The notes under the pieces: generated by a model
Databases searched by the model: none
Told to the model about the DNA's origin: nothing
Seen by the model: only the letters and a program-made list of their open reading frames with translations
NCBI GenBank assembly: GCA_002483745.1
Contig: DLIM01000049.1
Span: 22,989-63,837, forward strand
From: Bacillales bacterium UBA7642
GTDB taxonomy: Bacteria; Bacillota_I; Bacilli_A; RFN20; CAG-288
Direction: 5' to 3'
DNA: 40,849 nucleotides
Position numbers and translations under genes: made by a program
Shown: positions 9,364-17,160 of the stretch, one piece after another
Position numbering within the stretch: position 1 is the first letter of the stretch
How the letters are laid out: every line of letters begins with the position of its first letter

Positions 9364-10539
9364 CTAGAAATCAACTACAGTATCGTAATAGCAAGCCTTC
9401 AAGACTTTGAGCATTAACTCATCATCCATCTTTCTTGGATTTTCAGGAGTGCAGGCATCAAGGACAGCATTGTGGGCGATATCTTTAGCCTTGGCTAAGA
9501 ACTCACCCTCAATGACACCGAATTCCTTTAGACCATGAGGGATATTCAAATCTCTGTCTAATTCTCTGACACGGTTGATTAAGTTCTGAACCTTCTCATT
9601 TTCGGTGTTTCCGCCTAAGCCCATATAGTCGGCAATCTCGGCATATCTCTTGTGAGCTCTCTTATCATGAGCGTTGCATTCGATAGTGTGAGGTAAATAC
9701 ATAGCGTTAGCGCAGCCATGTGGAACATGGCCAGTTGAGAAAGCAGCACCAGTCTTATGAGCTAAAGAATGAGTGATACCAAGTAAAGCATTGGTGAAAG
9801 CCATACCAGCGATGCACTGAGCATAATGCATATTGGCTCTGGCCGTCTTGTCGCCATTATAGGAAGCTAAGATATTCTCGTTGACCATTCTGGTAGCCTT
9901 TAAAGCTAAAGGATCAGTGAAGTCAGTAGCAAAGGTAGAAACATAGGATTCGATAGCATGGGTTAAAGCATCCATACCAGTCCAAGCGACAGTGTTCTTA
10001 GGCATAGTCTGCGGAAGAGCCGGATCAACAATAGCAACATCAGGAGTGATTTCGAAGTTAGCTAAAGGATATTTGATGCCTTTTTCAGGATCGGTTATGA
10101 CAGCAAAGGAAGTAACCTCAGTACCAGTTCCAGAAGTTGAGCCGATAGCACAGAAATGAGCCTTCTGTCTTAAAACCGGGAATTTTCCAGCAACTAATTC
10201 TTCTAAGGTAGCCTTAGGATCTTCATATAAGACCCACATAGCCTTAGCAGCATCAATAGGAGAACCGCCACCGATAGCAACAATCCAATCAGGCTGGAAT
10301 TCTCTCATAATCTCAGCACCCTTCTTAACGGTAGCAACAGTGGGATCATTTTCGACGCCTTCAATGGTTTTGACTTCAAAGCCAGCAGCCTTGAGTTCTT
10401 TAACAGTCTCATCTAAGAAACCAAACTTCTGCATAGCATGTCCGCCAGTAACAACAATAGCCTTCTTGCCTCTTAAGTTCTTTAATTCGGCAATAGCATT
10501 GTCACCATAATAGATGTCTCTAGGTAAAGTGAATCTCAT
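9364..10539 (-). CDS. Iron-containing alcohol dehydrogenase (butanol dehydrogenase-like)
   Basis: GGGSPID, TSGTGTEVT, DALTHAIE, ITHSLAHK and PHG metal-ligand motifs. Confidence 0.93.
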   Translation of the reverse strand: MRFTLPRDIYYGDNAIAELKNLRGKKAIVVTGGHAMQKFGFLDETVKELKAAGFEVKTIEGVENDPTVATVKKGAEIMREFQPDWIVAIGGGSPIDAAKAMWVLYEDPKATLEELVAGKFPVLRQKAHFCAIGSTSGTGTEVTSFAVITDPEKGIKYPLANFEITPDVAIVDPALPQTMPKNTVAWTGMDALTHAIESYVSTFATDFTDPLALKATRMVNENILASYNGDKTARANMHYAQCIAGMAFTNALLGITHSLAHKTGAAFSTGHVPHGCANAMYLPHTIECNAHDKRAHKRYAEIADYMGLGGNTENEKVQNLINRVRELDRDLNIPHGLKEFGVIEGEFLAKAKDIAHNAVLDACTPENPRKMDDELMLKVLKACYYDTVVDF

Positions 10540-10569
10540 GTTTTGTACCTCCTTCTTAAGTACATAATC

Positions 10570-10598
10570 ATATTATTAAAAAATAATGAGCAATTCAA
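10570..10598 (-). promoter_or_regulatory. Putative sigma-A promoter of the adh gene
   Basis: On the minus strand, TTGAAT-17 nt-TAATAT about 30 nt upstream of the start; SD AAGGAGG follows. Confidence 0.5.
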
Positions 10599-10672
10599 GC
10601 AAGAATTTTGCGCATTGCATATATGAATAAAAAATTAAAATAAAATAGTAAAAAGTATTTATTCTTTATAAA

Positions 10673-10708
10673 AGAAAGCGGTTACCTACTATATGTTACC
10701 GCTAACAT
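10673..10708. promoter_or_regulatory. Tandem cre-like (CcpA/LacI-family) operators
   Basis: AGAAAGCGGTTACC (10673-10686) and TGTTACCGCTAACA (10694-10707) resemble the cre consensus TGWNANCGNTNWCA; their centres are 21 bp apart. Confidence 0.6.
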
Positions 10709-10932
10709 TAAGTATCACTTTATGCGCATTTACTGATTAAAAAACAAAATTTGAGCGACTAATTTGCATTGCGGTAAGCAATATTTAGAATTAAAGATTC
10801 TATAAAGCTAATCAAACCAGCAAAGAAAAAATAAAGGTTAGTCCAGAGGGCATAGATTTTCTTGAAAATTATAGACAAACTTATTTATTTATTTAAAAAC
10901 TAGTTATATAATTAACGGCAAGGAGAGAAACT

Positions 10933-11295
10933 ATGGCTGTAAAGCTTTTACTTGATTCTAATAAAATCTATCATAAAGAATTTGAAGGCACTAAGCCTGG
11001 CTATGATGCTCTTCAGGTTGATTCGTTCTTAGATATTGTGATTAAGGACTACGATACTTTCTCTAAGTATGTCACTGATTCTGAGAAAACGATTGAAGAC
11101 CTCAATAGAAAAGCTACTCTTCTTAACCAACAGCTTTCAAAAGAGGAAGCCGATAACGCTACTCTTAGAAACAAGCTTAATGGCATTGGAGCTAATGCAG
11201 ATGCTTCCTTAAATAACCTTGAGTTATTAAAGAGAATCTCTGCTTTAGAGAAGGCCTTAAACAAAGCAGGTATTAATCCGAATACGATAGAGTAA
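10933..11295 (+). CDS. gpsB: Cell division regulator GpsB (DivIVA family)
   Basis: N-terminal KEF...GYD..QVDSFLDIVIKDY, a coiled coil, and the GpsB C-terminal signature NLELLKRISALEKAL. It lies directly upstream of rnpB as in Bacilli. Confidence 0.88.
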   Translation: MAVKLLLDSNKIYHKEFEGTKPGYDALQVDSFLDIVIKDYDTFSKYVTDSEKTIEDLNRKATLLNQQLSKEEADNATLRNKLNGIGANADASLNNLELLKRISALEKALNKAGINPNTIE

Positions 11296-11304
11296 TTTTT
11301 TACT

Positions 11305-11653
11305 CTCCGACCCCGATGACTGCAGGAAGAAGCAATTCTTTTTGAGGAAAGTCCATGCTCGCGCCCTCTGTGATGAGAGCAGTGTCTGCGCCAGGTGAAT
11401 AAATAAGCCTGGGCCGGGAGGAGTCCCGGACGGCAGAAGAGAATCTAAAACTTCGGTCATGATATCTCTTCTTGAAAGCTCCACAGTGACGAAACTTAGG
11501 GAAACCTAAGTAATGAAACGCTGGAAAGCCCCACAAGCGAGAAACCTAAATTTTGGTAAGGGAAGCTTAAAGAGGGAATGATAACCTCAATGAGCAGGCT
11601 AATAACCTAGATAAATTGTCATCCTCGACATAACATGGCTTACAAGGTCGGTT
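11305..11653 (+). ncRNA. rnpB: RNase P RNA, bacterial type B
   Basis: GAGGAAAGTCCATGCTCGC at 11344 and ACATAACATGGCTTAC near 11628-11643 (P4). P1 CCGACC/GGTCGG (11307-11312, 11646-11651); P2 GATGAC/GTCATC; conserved CCACAGTGACG, TGAAACG and GAGAAACC. Ends approximate. Confidence 0.96.
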
Positions 11654-11683
11654 ACTCAATTAGTTAAAAAGAAAGGAACAGAT

Positions 11684-12322
11684 ATGAATACTCCAAATAA
11701 GATTACACTTACGAGATTTCTTTTTGCCTTCTTGATGATCATAATCTATTCCCTTAATTTTTTGCCTCAGTCGGCATCTTTTGCTCCTAACCTTGGAACC
11801 AGTGGCTTTAACTGGATTGATTTAGTTTGTGCGGTTGTCTTTATTATAGGTGCGGTCACTGATTCAATCGATGGCCATTTAGCTAGAAAGCATAATCTTG
11901 TCACTAACCTTGGCAAATTTATGGATCCTTTAGCTGATAAGTTCCTGGTTGATTCGGCTTTAATTCTCTTAGCAACTGCTAGAGATAGCAACGGTCACTT
12001 CTATATTTATCCTTTCTTAGTTGTTCTCTTTGTCGGAAGAGACTTAGCTATGGACGGCTTAAGAATGATTGCTAACAACAAGGGAAGAGTCTTAGCTGCC
12101 AATATTTATGGAAAAATCAAGACGGTTATGGAGATGATCGTTATCCCGATTATCTTCTTAAGAGGATTCCCCTTCAGCTACTTTGATATGCAAGGTCAGG
12201 GAAGCTGGGAATATTCTTATATTGTTACTAATGTCCTCTCACTTATTGCCTTAGTCATGTCCTTAGTGTCATGTGTCATCTACTTTAAGCAGAACAAGGA
12301 TGTTCTTAAGGAGAATAAGTAA
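11684..12322 (+). CDS. pgsA: CDP-diacylglycerol--glycerol-3-phosphate 3-phosphatidyltransferase
   Basis: PNKITLTR and the CDP-alcohol phosphotransferase motif DSIDGHLARK...GKFMDPLADK; pgsA-cinA-recA synteny. Confidence 0.93.
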   Translation: MNTPNKITLTRFLFAFLMIIIYSLNFLPQSASFAPNLGTSGFNWIDLVCAVVFIIGAVTDSIDGHLARKHNLVTNLGKFMDPLADKFLVDSALILLATARDSNGHFYIYPFLVVLFVGRDLAMDGLRMIANNKGRVLAANIYGKIKTVMEMIVIPIIFLRGFPFSYFDMQGQGSWEYSYIVTNVLSLIALVMSLVSCVIYFKQNKDVLKENK

Positions 12323-12324
12323 AT

Positions 12325-12786
12325 ATGGAAAGAAAAGAATTATTGGATTTGCTTCTGGCTTCTAAGCTTTCTCTTTCTTCGATGGAAAGCCTTACTGGCG
12401 GATTATTTGGCGCTAGCTTTACTTCTATCCCCGGCGCTAGCCAAGTCTATAAAGGCGGAGCCATCACCTATACTGATGAAGTAAAAGAACTATATGGGGT
12501 CAAGAAGGAGACTATTAAGGAATATGGAGCGGTCTCTCTTGAATGTGCAAAAGAAATGGCGATACAAGCAAGCAAGTTCTTTAATACTGATGTTTCAGTC
12601 AGCTTTACCGGGAATGCCGGACCTACTGCTAGTGAAGACAAGCCAGTTGGTCTAGTCTTCATTGCTTTGAAGGTAAGAAACAAGCTTTATTCTTATAAGC
12701 TAGAACTGACAGGAGAAAGAGAAGAAATCCGTAGACAATGCGTTGATTTTGCTTTTTCTACCCTGATTGAAAAACTAAAAGCTTAA
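12325..12786 (+). CDS. cinA: CinA C-terminal domain protein (PncC-like NMN deamidase), single-domain form
   Basis: ESLTGG, PGAS, YGAVS, TGNAGP and KPVGLVF motifs; the N-terminal MocF domain is absent. Confidence 0.88.
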   Translation: MERKELLDLLLASKLSLSSMESLTGGLFGASFTSIPGASQVYKGGAITYTDEVKELYGVKKETIKEYGAVSLECAKEMAIQASKFFNTDVSVSFTGNAGPTASEDKPVGLVFIALKVRNKLYSYKLELTGEREEIRRQCVDFAFSTLIEKLKA

Positions 12787-12791
12787 TTTCT

Positions 12792-12820
12792 TTAGAAAAA
12801 AAGCTCTCTTAAACTAGATA
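12792..12820 (+). promoter_or_regulatory. Putative alternative-sigma promoter TTAG-N17-ACTAGATA upstream of recA
   Basis: Same bipartite motif and 17-nt spacer as at 27416-27444 and 34961-34989; ends 23 nt before the ATG at 12844. Confidence 0.6.
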
Positions 12821-12843
12821 GTAGTTGAAAGGTGAATTACACA

Positions 12844-13932
12844 ATGGATAAAACCAAAAAGAATGCAGATCAGAAGAATGCCGTTGAAAACGAAAAGGAT
12901 AAAGCCTTAGAAGCTACGATGAAGGACATCCGCAACTTCTATAACGATAAAGGCATCATTATGAAGTTAGGTGAGACACCCTCAGTTGATGTCTCCGTTA
13001 TTCCTACTGGCTCCATGCTTTTGGATTCAGCTTTAGGAGTGGGCGGTTATCCTAAGGGAAGAATTGTCGAAATCTATGGTCCGGAATCATCTGGTAAAAC
13101 CACGATGGCCCTTGAGGCTATTGCTCAGGTTCAGAAACTTGGCGGAAGAGCCGCCTTCATTGATGCCGAACATGCTATCGACCCTGACTATGCCAAGGTC
13201 TTAGGTGTAAACATCGATGATTTAATTCTCTCTCAGCCTGATTACGGTGAACAGGCTTTAGAGATTGTCGACATGCTTGCTAAATCTAACGCCATTGACT
13301 TAATTGTCGTTGATTCAGTAGCTGCTTTGGTTCCTAAGGCAGAATTAGAAGGCACCTTTGAAGATTCCAGTGTTGGCTTGCAGGCTAGACTTATGTCCAA
13401 GGCCTTAAGAAAATTAGCTGGACTTCTCTCTAAGAGCTGCTGCACTGTTATCTTTATTAACCAGCTCCGTGAAAAAGTCGGTGTCATGTATGGAAACCCC
13501 GAGACCACGACCGGTGGCCGAGCCTTGAAGTTCTATGCTACTATCCGTATCGAGATCAGACGTGCTGACCAGATCAAACAGGGCGATAAATATATTGGCA
13601 ATGTGGTCTCTTTGAAGGTCGTCAAGAACAAGGTCGCTCCGCCATACCGTTCCTGCAAGGTTGATCTCATCTTCGGAAAAGGCATCGATCACGATCATGA
13701 ATTAGCTCAGCTAGCTATTGATTATGGCATTATCGAAAAGGCTGGCAGCTGGTTTAGCTTCAAAGGCGAAAGACTAGGACAGGGTATTACTTCTATCTAT
13801 GATTGGTTCAAAGCTAATCCGGAAATTGAAGATAGCATCGAAAGCCAGGTCCGTGCTTCTTTAGCCCCCAAGAAAGCTAGCGACGATAAAACTCCTGAGA
13901 CGACTGTTCCTGACACTGATGACGACAAGTAG
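12844..13932 (+). CDS. recA: Recombinase RecA
   Basis: [46 protein letters not shown] at 12844 fits SD GAAAGGTG better than the track's GTG at 12832. Confidence 0.99.
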   Translation: MDKTKKNADQKNAVENEKDKALEATMKDIRNFYNDKGIIMKLGETPSVDVSVIPTGSMLLDSALGVGGYPKGRIVEIYGPESSGKTTMALEAIAQVQKLGGRAAFIDAEHAIDPDYAKVLGVNIDDLILSQPDYGEQALEIVDMLAKSNAIDLIVVDSVAALVPKAELEGTFEDSSVGLQARLMSKALRKLAGLLSKSCCTVIFINQLREKVGVMYGNPETTTGGRALKFYATIRIEIRRADQIKQGDKYIGNVVSLKVVKNKVAPPYRSCKVDLIFGKGIDHDHELAQLAIDYGIIEKAGSWFSFKGERLGQGITSIYDWFKANPEIEDSIESQVRASLAPKKASDDKTPETTVPDTDDDK

Positions 13933-13948
13933 ATAAGCAAATAAAAAT

Positions 13949-13983
13949 AGTCCTTCCGGCTTAGTTGCCTGAAGGACTTTTTT
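13949..13983 (+). terminator. Intrinsic terminator after recA
   Basis: AGTCCTTCCGGC-TTAGTT-GCCTGAAGGACT followed by a T run. Confidence 0.85.
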
Positions 13984-14127
13984 CTTAGCCGTCTTTAAAA
14001 AGGCTTTACAAAGAGAAAAAAGCGGAGGTTATTTAAGAAAAGAGATCAAAATCTAGATCTTTTGCAAAGGCTTTCATGTCTTGTAAAAAATATTCAAATG
14101 TGTATGCCTAAAAAGGAACGTTTATTA

Positions 14128-14300
14128 TATAATATTAAAAGTATCAAGGTATGACCTTAGGTACTTTAATATAAAAGATTTATGGGTTTAAGCATTGTGA
14201 TGTATAGTCGTTCTCTGGTTTTTAATCTTTTTACGAGATAGGTTCTTTGGGTGTAGGGGACCGATATTTATTTTCCTATGCCTAGAAAGGCTATTATTTC
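14128..14300 (+). promoter_or_regulatory. Putative -10 box and structured 5' leader of rny
   Basis: TATAAT at 14128-14133; inverted repeats at 14132-14172, 14173-14231 (outer 8 bp only) and 14246-14286, the last reaching into the SD AGAAAGG. Confidence 0.5.
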
Positions 14301-15854
14301 ATGTCCACAATTGAAATAGTTCTATTAGTTATTGCTATCGTTTTGTTCTTAGGGCTTTTAATCGCTATCCTTTTCCCGATTTTCAAGAAAAATCAGGCCA
14401 ATAAGAAGGCTGAGAAGATCATCAACGATGCCAACGTCAAAGCCGAGAAGATTCTTGCCAATGCCAAATTCGAAGGCAAGAGCGAAGTCGATGAGATGAA
14501 GCAGAATGCTGAGAAGGATATCACTGAGAGAAAAGCCAGTGTTGTCGCCTCTGAGGCTAAGCTTGATCAAAGGGAAGGCGCCCTTGATAAGCGTGAGGAT
14601 GCTATCATCACCCGTGAAGATCAGATTGATCAGAAGAAAGCTGAACTTGAAGACAGAATCGCTGCTCTTGATGTTAAGGACAAAGATCTTCAGGCCAAGA
14701 TTGATTCCATTATTGTTGAGCTTCAGAAGGTAGCTAATATGACTACTGATGAAGCTAAGGCCGAGCTTATGGCGCGTGTTGAAGAGAAGGAAATGAAGAA
14801 GATTGCTCTCTACAAGGATCAGATGGAAGAAGAAGCTGAATCTTCCGCTGAAGACAAGGCTAAGACCTTGATGTGTGTCGCTATGGAAAAGTATGCTCAG
14901 GATGTTACTAATGAGCATTCCACCTCTTCTGTTGCTCTTCCTTCTGATGAAATGAAGGGAAGAATCATCGGACGTGAAGGCAGAAACATCAAGTCCATGG
15001 AAGCCTTATTCGGTGTCTCTTTGATTATTGATGATACTCCCGAGACCATCACTGTCTCCTGCTTTGATCCAATTAGAAGAGAGAAGGCTAAACTTACTCT
15101 TGAAGCCTTGATCAAGGATGGACGTATTCAGCCTGGCCGTATTGAGGATCTCTACAACAAGGTTTCCGCTGATTTAGACGAATCCTTAAAGAGAATCGGC
15201 GAACAGACCGTCTTTAAGCTTGGCTTACCTAGAATCAATGCCGGCTTATATCCTTATTTAGGAAGACTGAGATATAGAACTTCCTATGGTCAGAATGTTC
15301 TCGACCATTCTATTCAGGTTGCTTATCTAGCTTCCGTTATGGCTAGTGAATTAGGTCTTGATCCTATTATGGCTAAACGTGCTGGTCTTCTTCACGATAT
15401 CGGTAAGTCTATCGATGCCGAGCAGGAAGGCAGCCATGTACAGTTAGGCTCTGCTTTAGCTAAGAAGTTTGGCGAACCTGATGAAGTCATCAACGCTATT
15501 GAATCCCACCATGGTGATGTTCCTAAGAAGTATTTGATTTCTGAGCTAGTCACTGCTGCTGATACTCTCTCCGCTGCTCGTCCTGGCGCTAGAAGTGAGA
15601 CCTTAGAGACTTACATCAAGCGTCTTGAACAGTTAGAGACTATCTGCAAGAGCTTTGCCGGTGTTCAGTCTTCTTATGCCTTGCAGTCTGGCCGTGATGT
15701 CAGAGTCATGGTCGTTCCTGAAAAAATCTCTGATGAGGATGCTAAGGTCTTAGCTGTCCAAATCAAGGATAAAATTGAATCCGATATGCAGTTCCCTGGC
15801 CAGATTAAGGTCAGTGTCATCAGAGAGACGAGGGCTGTCGAAATTGCTAAGTAG
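14301..15854 (+). CDS. rny: Ribonuclease Y
   Basis: N-terminal TM helix, coiled coil, KH motif MKGRIIGREGRNI, RTSYGQNVL, HD motif LLHDIGK. Confidence 0.98.
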   Translation: MSTIEIVLLVIAIVLFLGLLIAILFPIFKKNQANKKAEKIINDANVKAEKILANAKFEGKSEVDEMKQNAEKDITERKASVVASEAKLDQREGALDKREDAIITREDQIDQKKAELEDRIAALDVKDKDLQAKIDSIIVELQKVANMTTDEAKAELMARVEEKEMKKIALYKDQMEEEAESSAEDKAKTLMCVAMEKYAQDVTNEHSTSSVALPSDEMKGRIIGREGRNIKSMEALFGVSLIIDDTPETITVSCFDPIRREKAKLTLEALIKDGRIQPGRIEDLYNKVSADLDESLKRIGEQTVFKLGLPRINAGLYPYLGRLRYRTSYGQNVLDHSIQVAYLASVMASELGLDPIMAKRAGLLHDIGKSIDAEQEGSHVQLGSALAKKFGEPDEVINAIESHHGDVPKKYLISELVTAADTLSAARPGARSETLETYIKRLEQLETICKSFAGVQSSYALQSGRDVRVMVVPEKISDEDAKVLAVQIKDKIESDMQFPGQIKVSVIRETRAVEIAK

Positions 15855-16659
15855 TCCGTTTATTAAGGTCCTCATCTTAGGCGATGTGGTTGGTCCTTTA
15901 GGAAGACAAGGTGTTAAAAAATACCTAGCTCTTCATAAAGAAAAGGACCAGTTTGACTTTGTCATTGCTAACGGTGAAAACGCTACCCATGGCCATGGAT
16001 TATCGCTGGACCACTATAAGGAACTGATTGCGGATGGTGTCGACTGCGTCACTAACGGAAACCATCTCTTCAATTCACCTGACTTATTCAACCATGTGGA
16101 AGATTTCCAGTATGCTATCCGTCCCTTGAATCTCGATCCCGGCGTTCCTTTAAAAGGCAGCTTAATTTTCACCTTGAACAATGGCGCTAAAATCCGGGTT
16201 TCTAACGTTCTAGGAAGAGTCTTTATCCCGATGGCTCAAACCAATCCTTTCTATGCCATGGATGAAGTCCTCAAGGATGACAAAGAACCCATTATCAACT
16301 TAGTGGATTTCCATGCTGAGGCTACTGCCGAAAAAAGAATCATGGCCGAATACCTAGATGGCCGAGTTACGGCTGTCTTTGGTACCCATACCCATGTCCA
16401 GACTAACGATCCTAAGATTCTCAATAAAGGGACTTTCTTCTTAACCGATGTTGGCATGAACGGCGCTTATGATTCCGTCCTTGGCGATGCTAAGGAAGGA
16501 AGCATGAAAAGAACTATCACCGGAATGCCGGCTACGATGGAGGTTTTCAAGAAGGGAAAAATACTGGTCAATGGTCTAATATTGAAGATTAGTACCGTGA
16601 CCGGATTAGTTGAAGAATATCAGCTTGTCAACGAAGAATTTGAAAGTGACCCCAAGTAA
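15844..16659 (+). CDS. ymdB: YmdB-family metallophosphoesterase
   Basis: GDVVG, NGEN, GNH, DFHAEATAEK, GTHTHVQT, TDVGMNG. The likely start is TTG at 15844, overlapping the end of rny. Confidence 0.93.
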   Translation: MLSSPFIKVLILGDVVGPLGRQGVKKYLALHKEKDQFDFVIANGENATHGHGLSLDHYKELIADGVDCVTNGNHLFNSPDLFNHVEDFQYAIRPLNLDPGVPLKGSLIFTLNNGAKIRVSNVLGRVFIPMAQTNPFYAMDEVLKDDKEPIINLVDFHAEATAEKRIMAEYLDGRVTAVFGTHTHVQTNDPKILNKGTFFLTDVGMNGAYDSVLGDAKEGSMKRTITGMPATMEVFKKGKILVNGLILKISTVTGLVEEYQLVNEEFESDPK

Positions 16660-16675
16660 GGGGCCACTTTTCTTT
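16643..16675 (+). terminator. Possible terminator overlapping the ymdB stop
   Basis: AAAGTGACCCC-AAGTAA-GGGGCCACTTTTCTTT. Confidence 0.6.
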
Positions 16676-16704
16676 AAAAAGCTACAAAACACACATTTTT
16701 CATC

Positions 16705-16732
16705 TTGTAAAATAGCCTTTTTGATATATAAT
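16705..16732 (+). promoter_or_regulatory. Putative sigma-A promoter of spoVS
   Basis: TTGTAA-16 nt-TATAAT upstream of SD AAAGAGG and the ATG at 16760. Confidence 0.55.
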
Positions 16733-16759
16733 ATAATTCTAGAAAGAGGTTTATCTAAA

Positions 16760-17143
16760 ATGACCACATTAAAAGCCAGTGGAAACACTCAAATTCAGAA
16801 GTTAGCCGGAGCTATTGCCGGTAACATTCGTCAGGAAGGTGCTGTTCAGATTTCATTAGTCGGAGCTTCTGCTCTCAACCAGGCTATCAAGGCCTGCATC
16901 GTTTCCAGAAGATTCCTCAAGGATGATCAGACTCCTAGCGATATCGCTATTCAGCCGGAATTCTTGATGCAGAATTTTTCTGAGCCTTCATCAACTGAGA
17001 CCAGAGAAGTCACCACTATCATGCTTCATATCAAGAAGGTTGATTTTGATCCTGAACATGCTGTTTCTTCTGAAGTCCCTAAGCATGAAGAAGCTAAGCC
17101 TGCTACTGCTCCTGCTACCGATACTCCTGCTGAAAATAAGTAG
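16760..17143 (+). CDS. spoVS: SpoVS-family protein with C-terminal tail
   Basis: LAGAIAG, VGASALNQAIKA and IQPEF match SpoVS; ymdB-spoVS synteny; ATG at 16760 has an SD. Confidence 0.88.
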   Translation: MTTLKASGNTQIQKLAGAIAGNIRQEGAVQISLVGASALNQAIKACIVSRRFLKDDQTPSDIAIQPEFLMQNFSEPSSTETREVTTIMLHIKKVDFDPEHAVSSEVPKHEEAKPATAPATDTPAENK

Positions 17144-17160
17144 TATCAAGATTTAAATCG

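Noticed and set aside
9217-10932. Rex operator upstream of adh or nfnA
   Set aside because: I found no TTGTGAA-N4-TTCACAA-like palindrome in either intergenic region.
11257-11536. Minus-strand ORFs 11257..11484 and 11300..11536
   Set aside because: They are antisense to the RNase P RNA and show no protein motifs.
14358-14918. 186-aa hydrophobic antisense ORF within rny, and similar shadow ORFs (e.g. 8522..8989, 18175..18504, 29685..30020)
   Set aside because: They lie fully opposite conserved genes and are explained by the codon bias of the sense strand.
15775-16759. Track's N-terminal extensions of ymdB (from 15775) and spoVS (from 16610)
   Set aside because: They overlap rny or the terminator/promoter region; SD-supported starts lie at 15844 and 16760.
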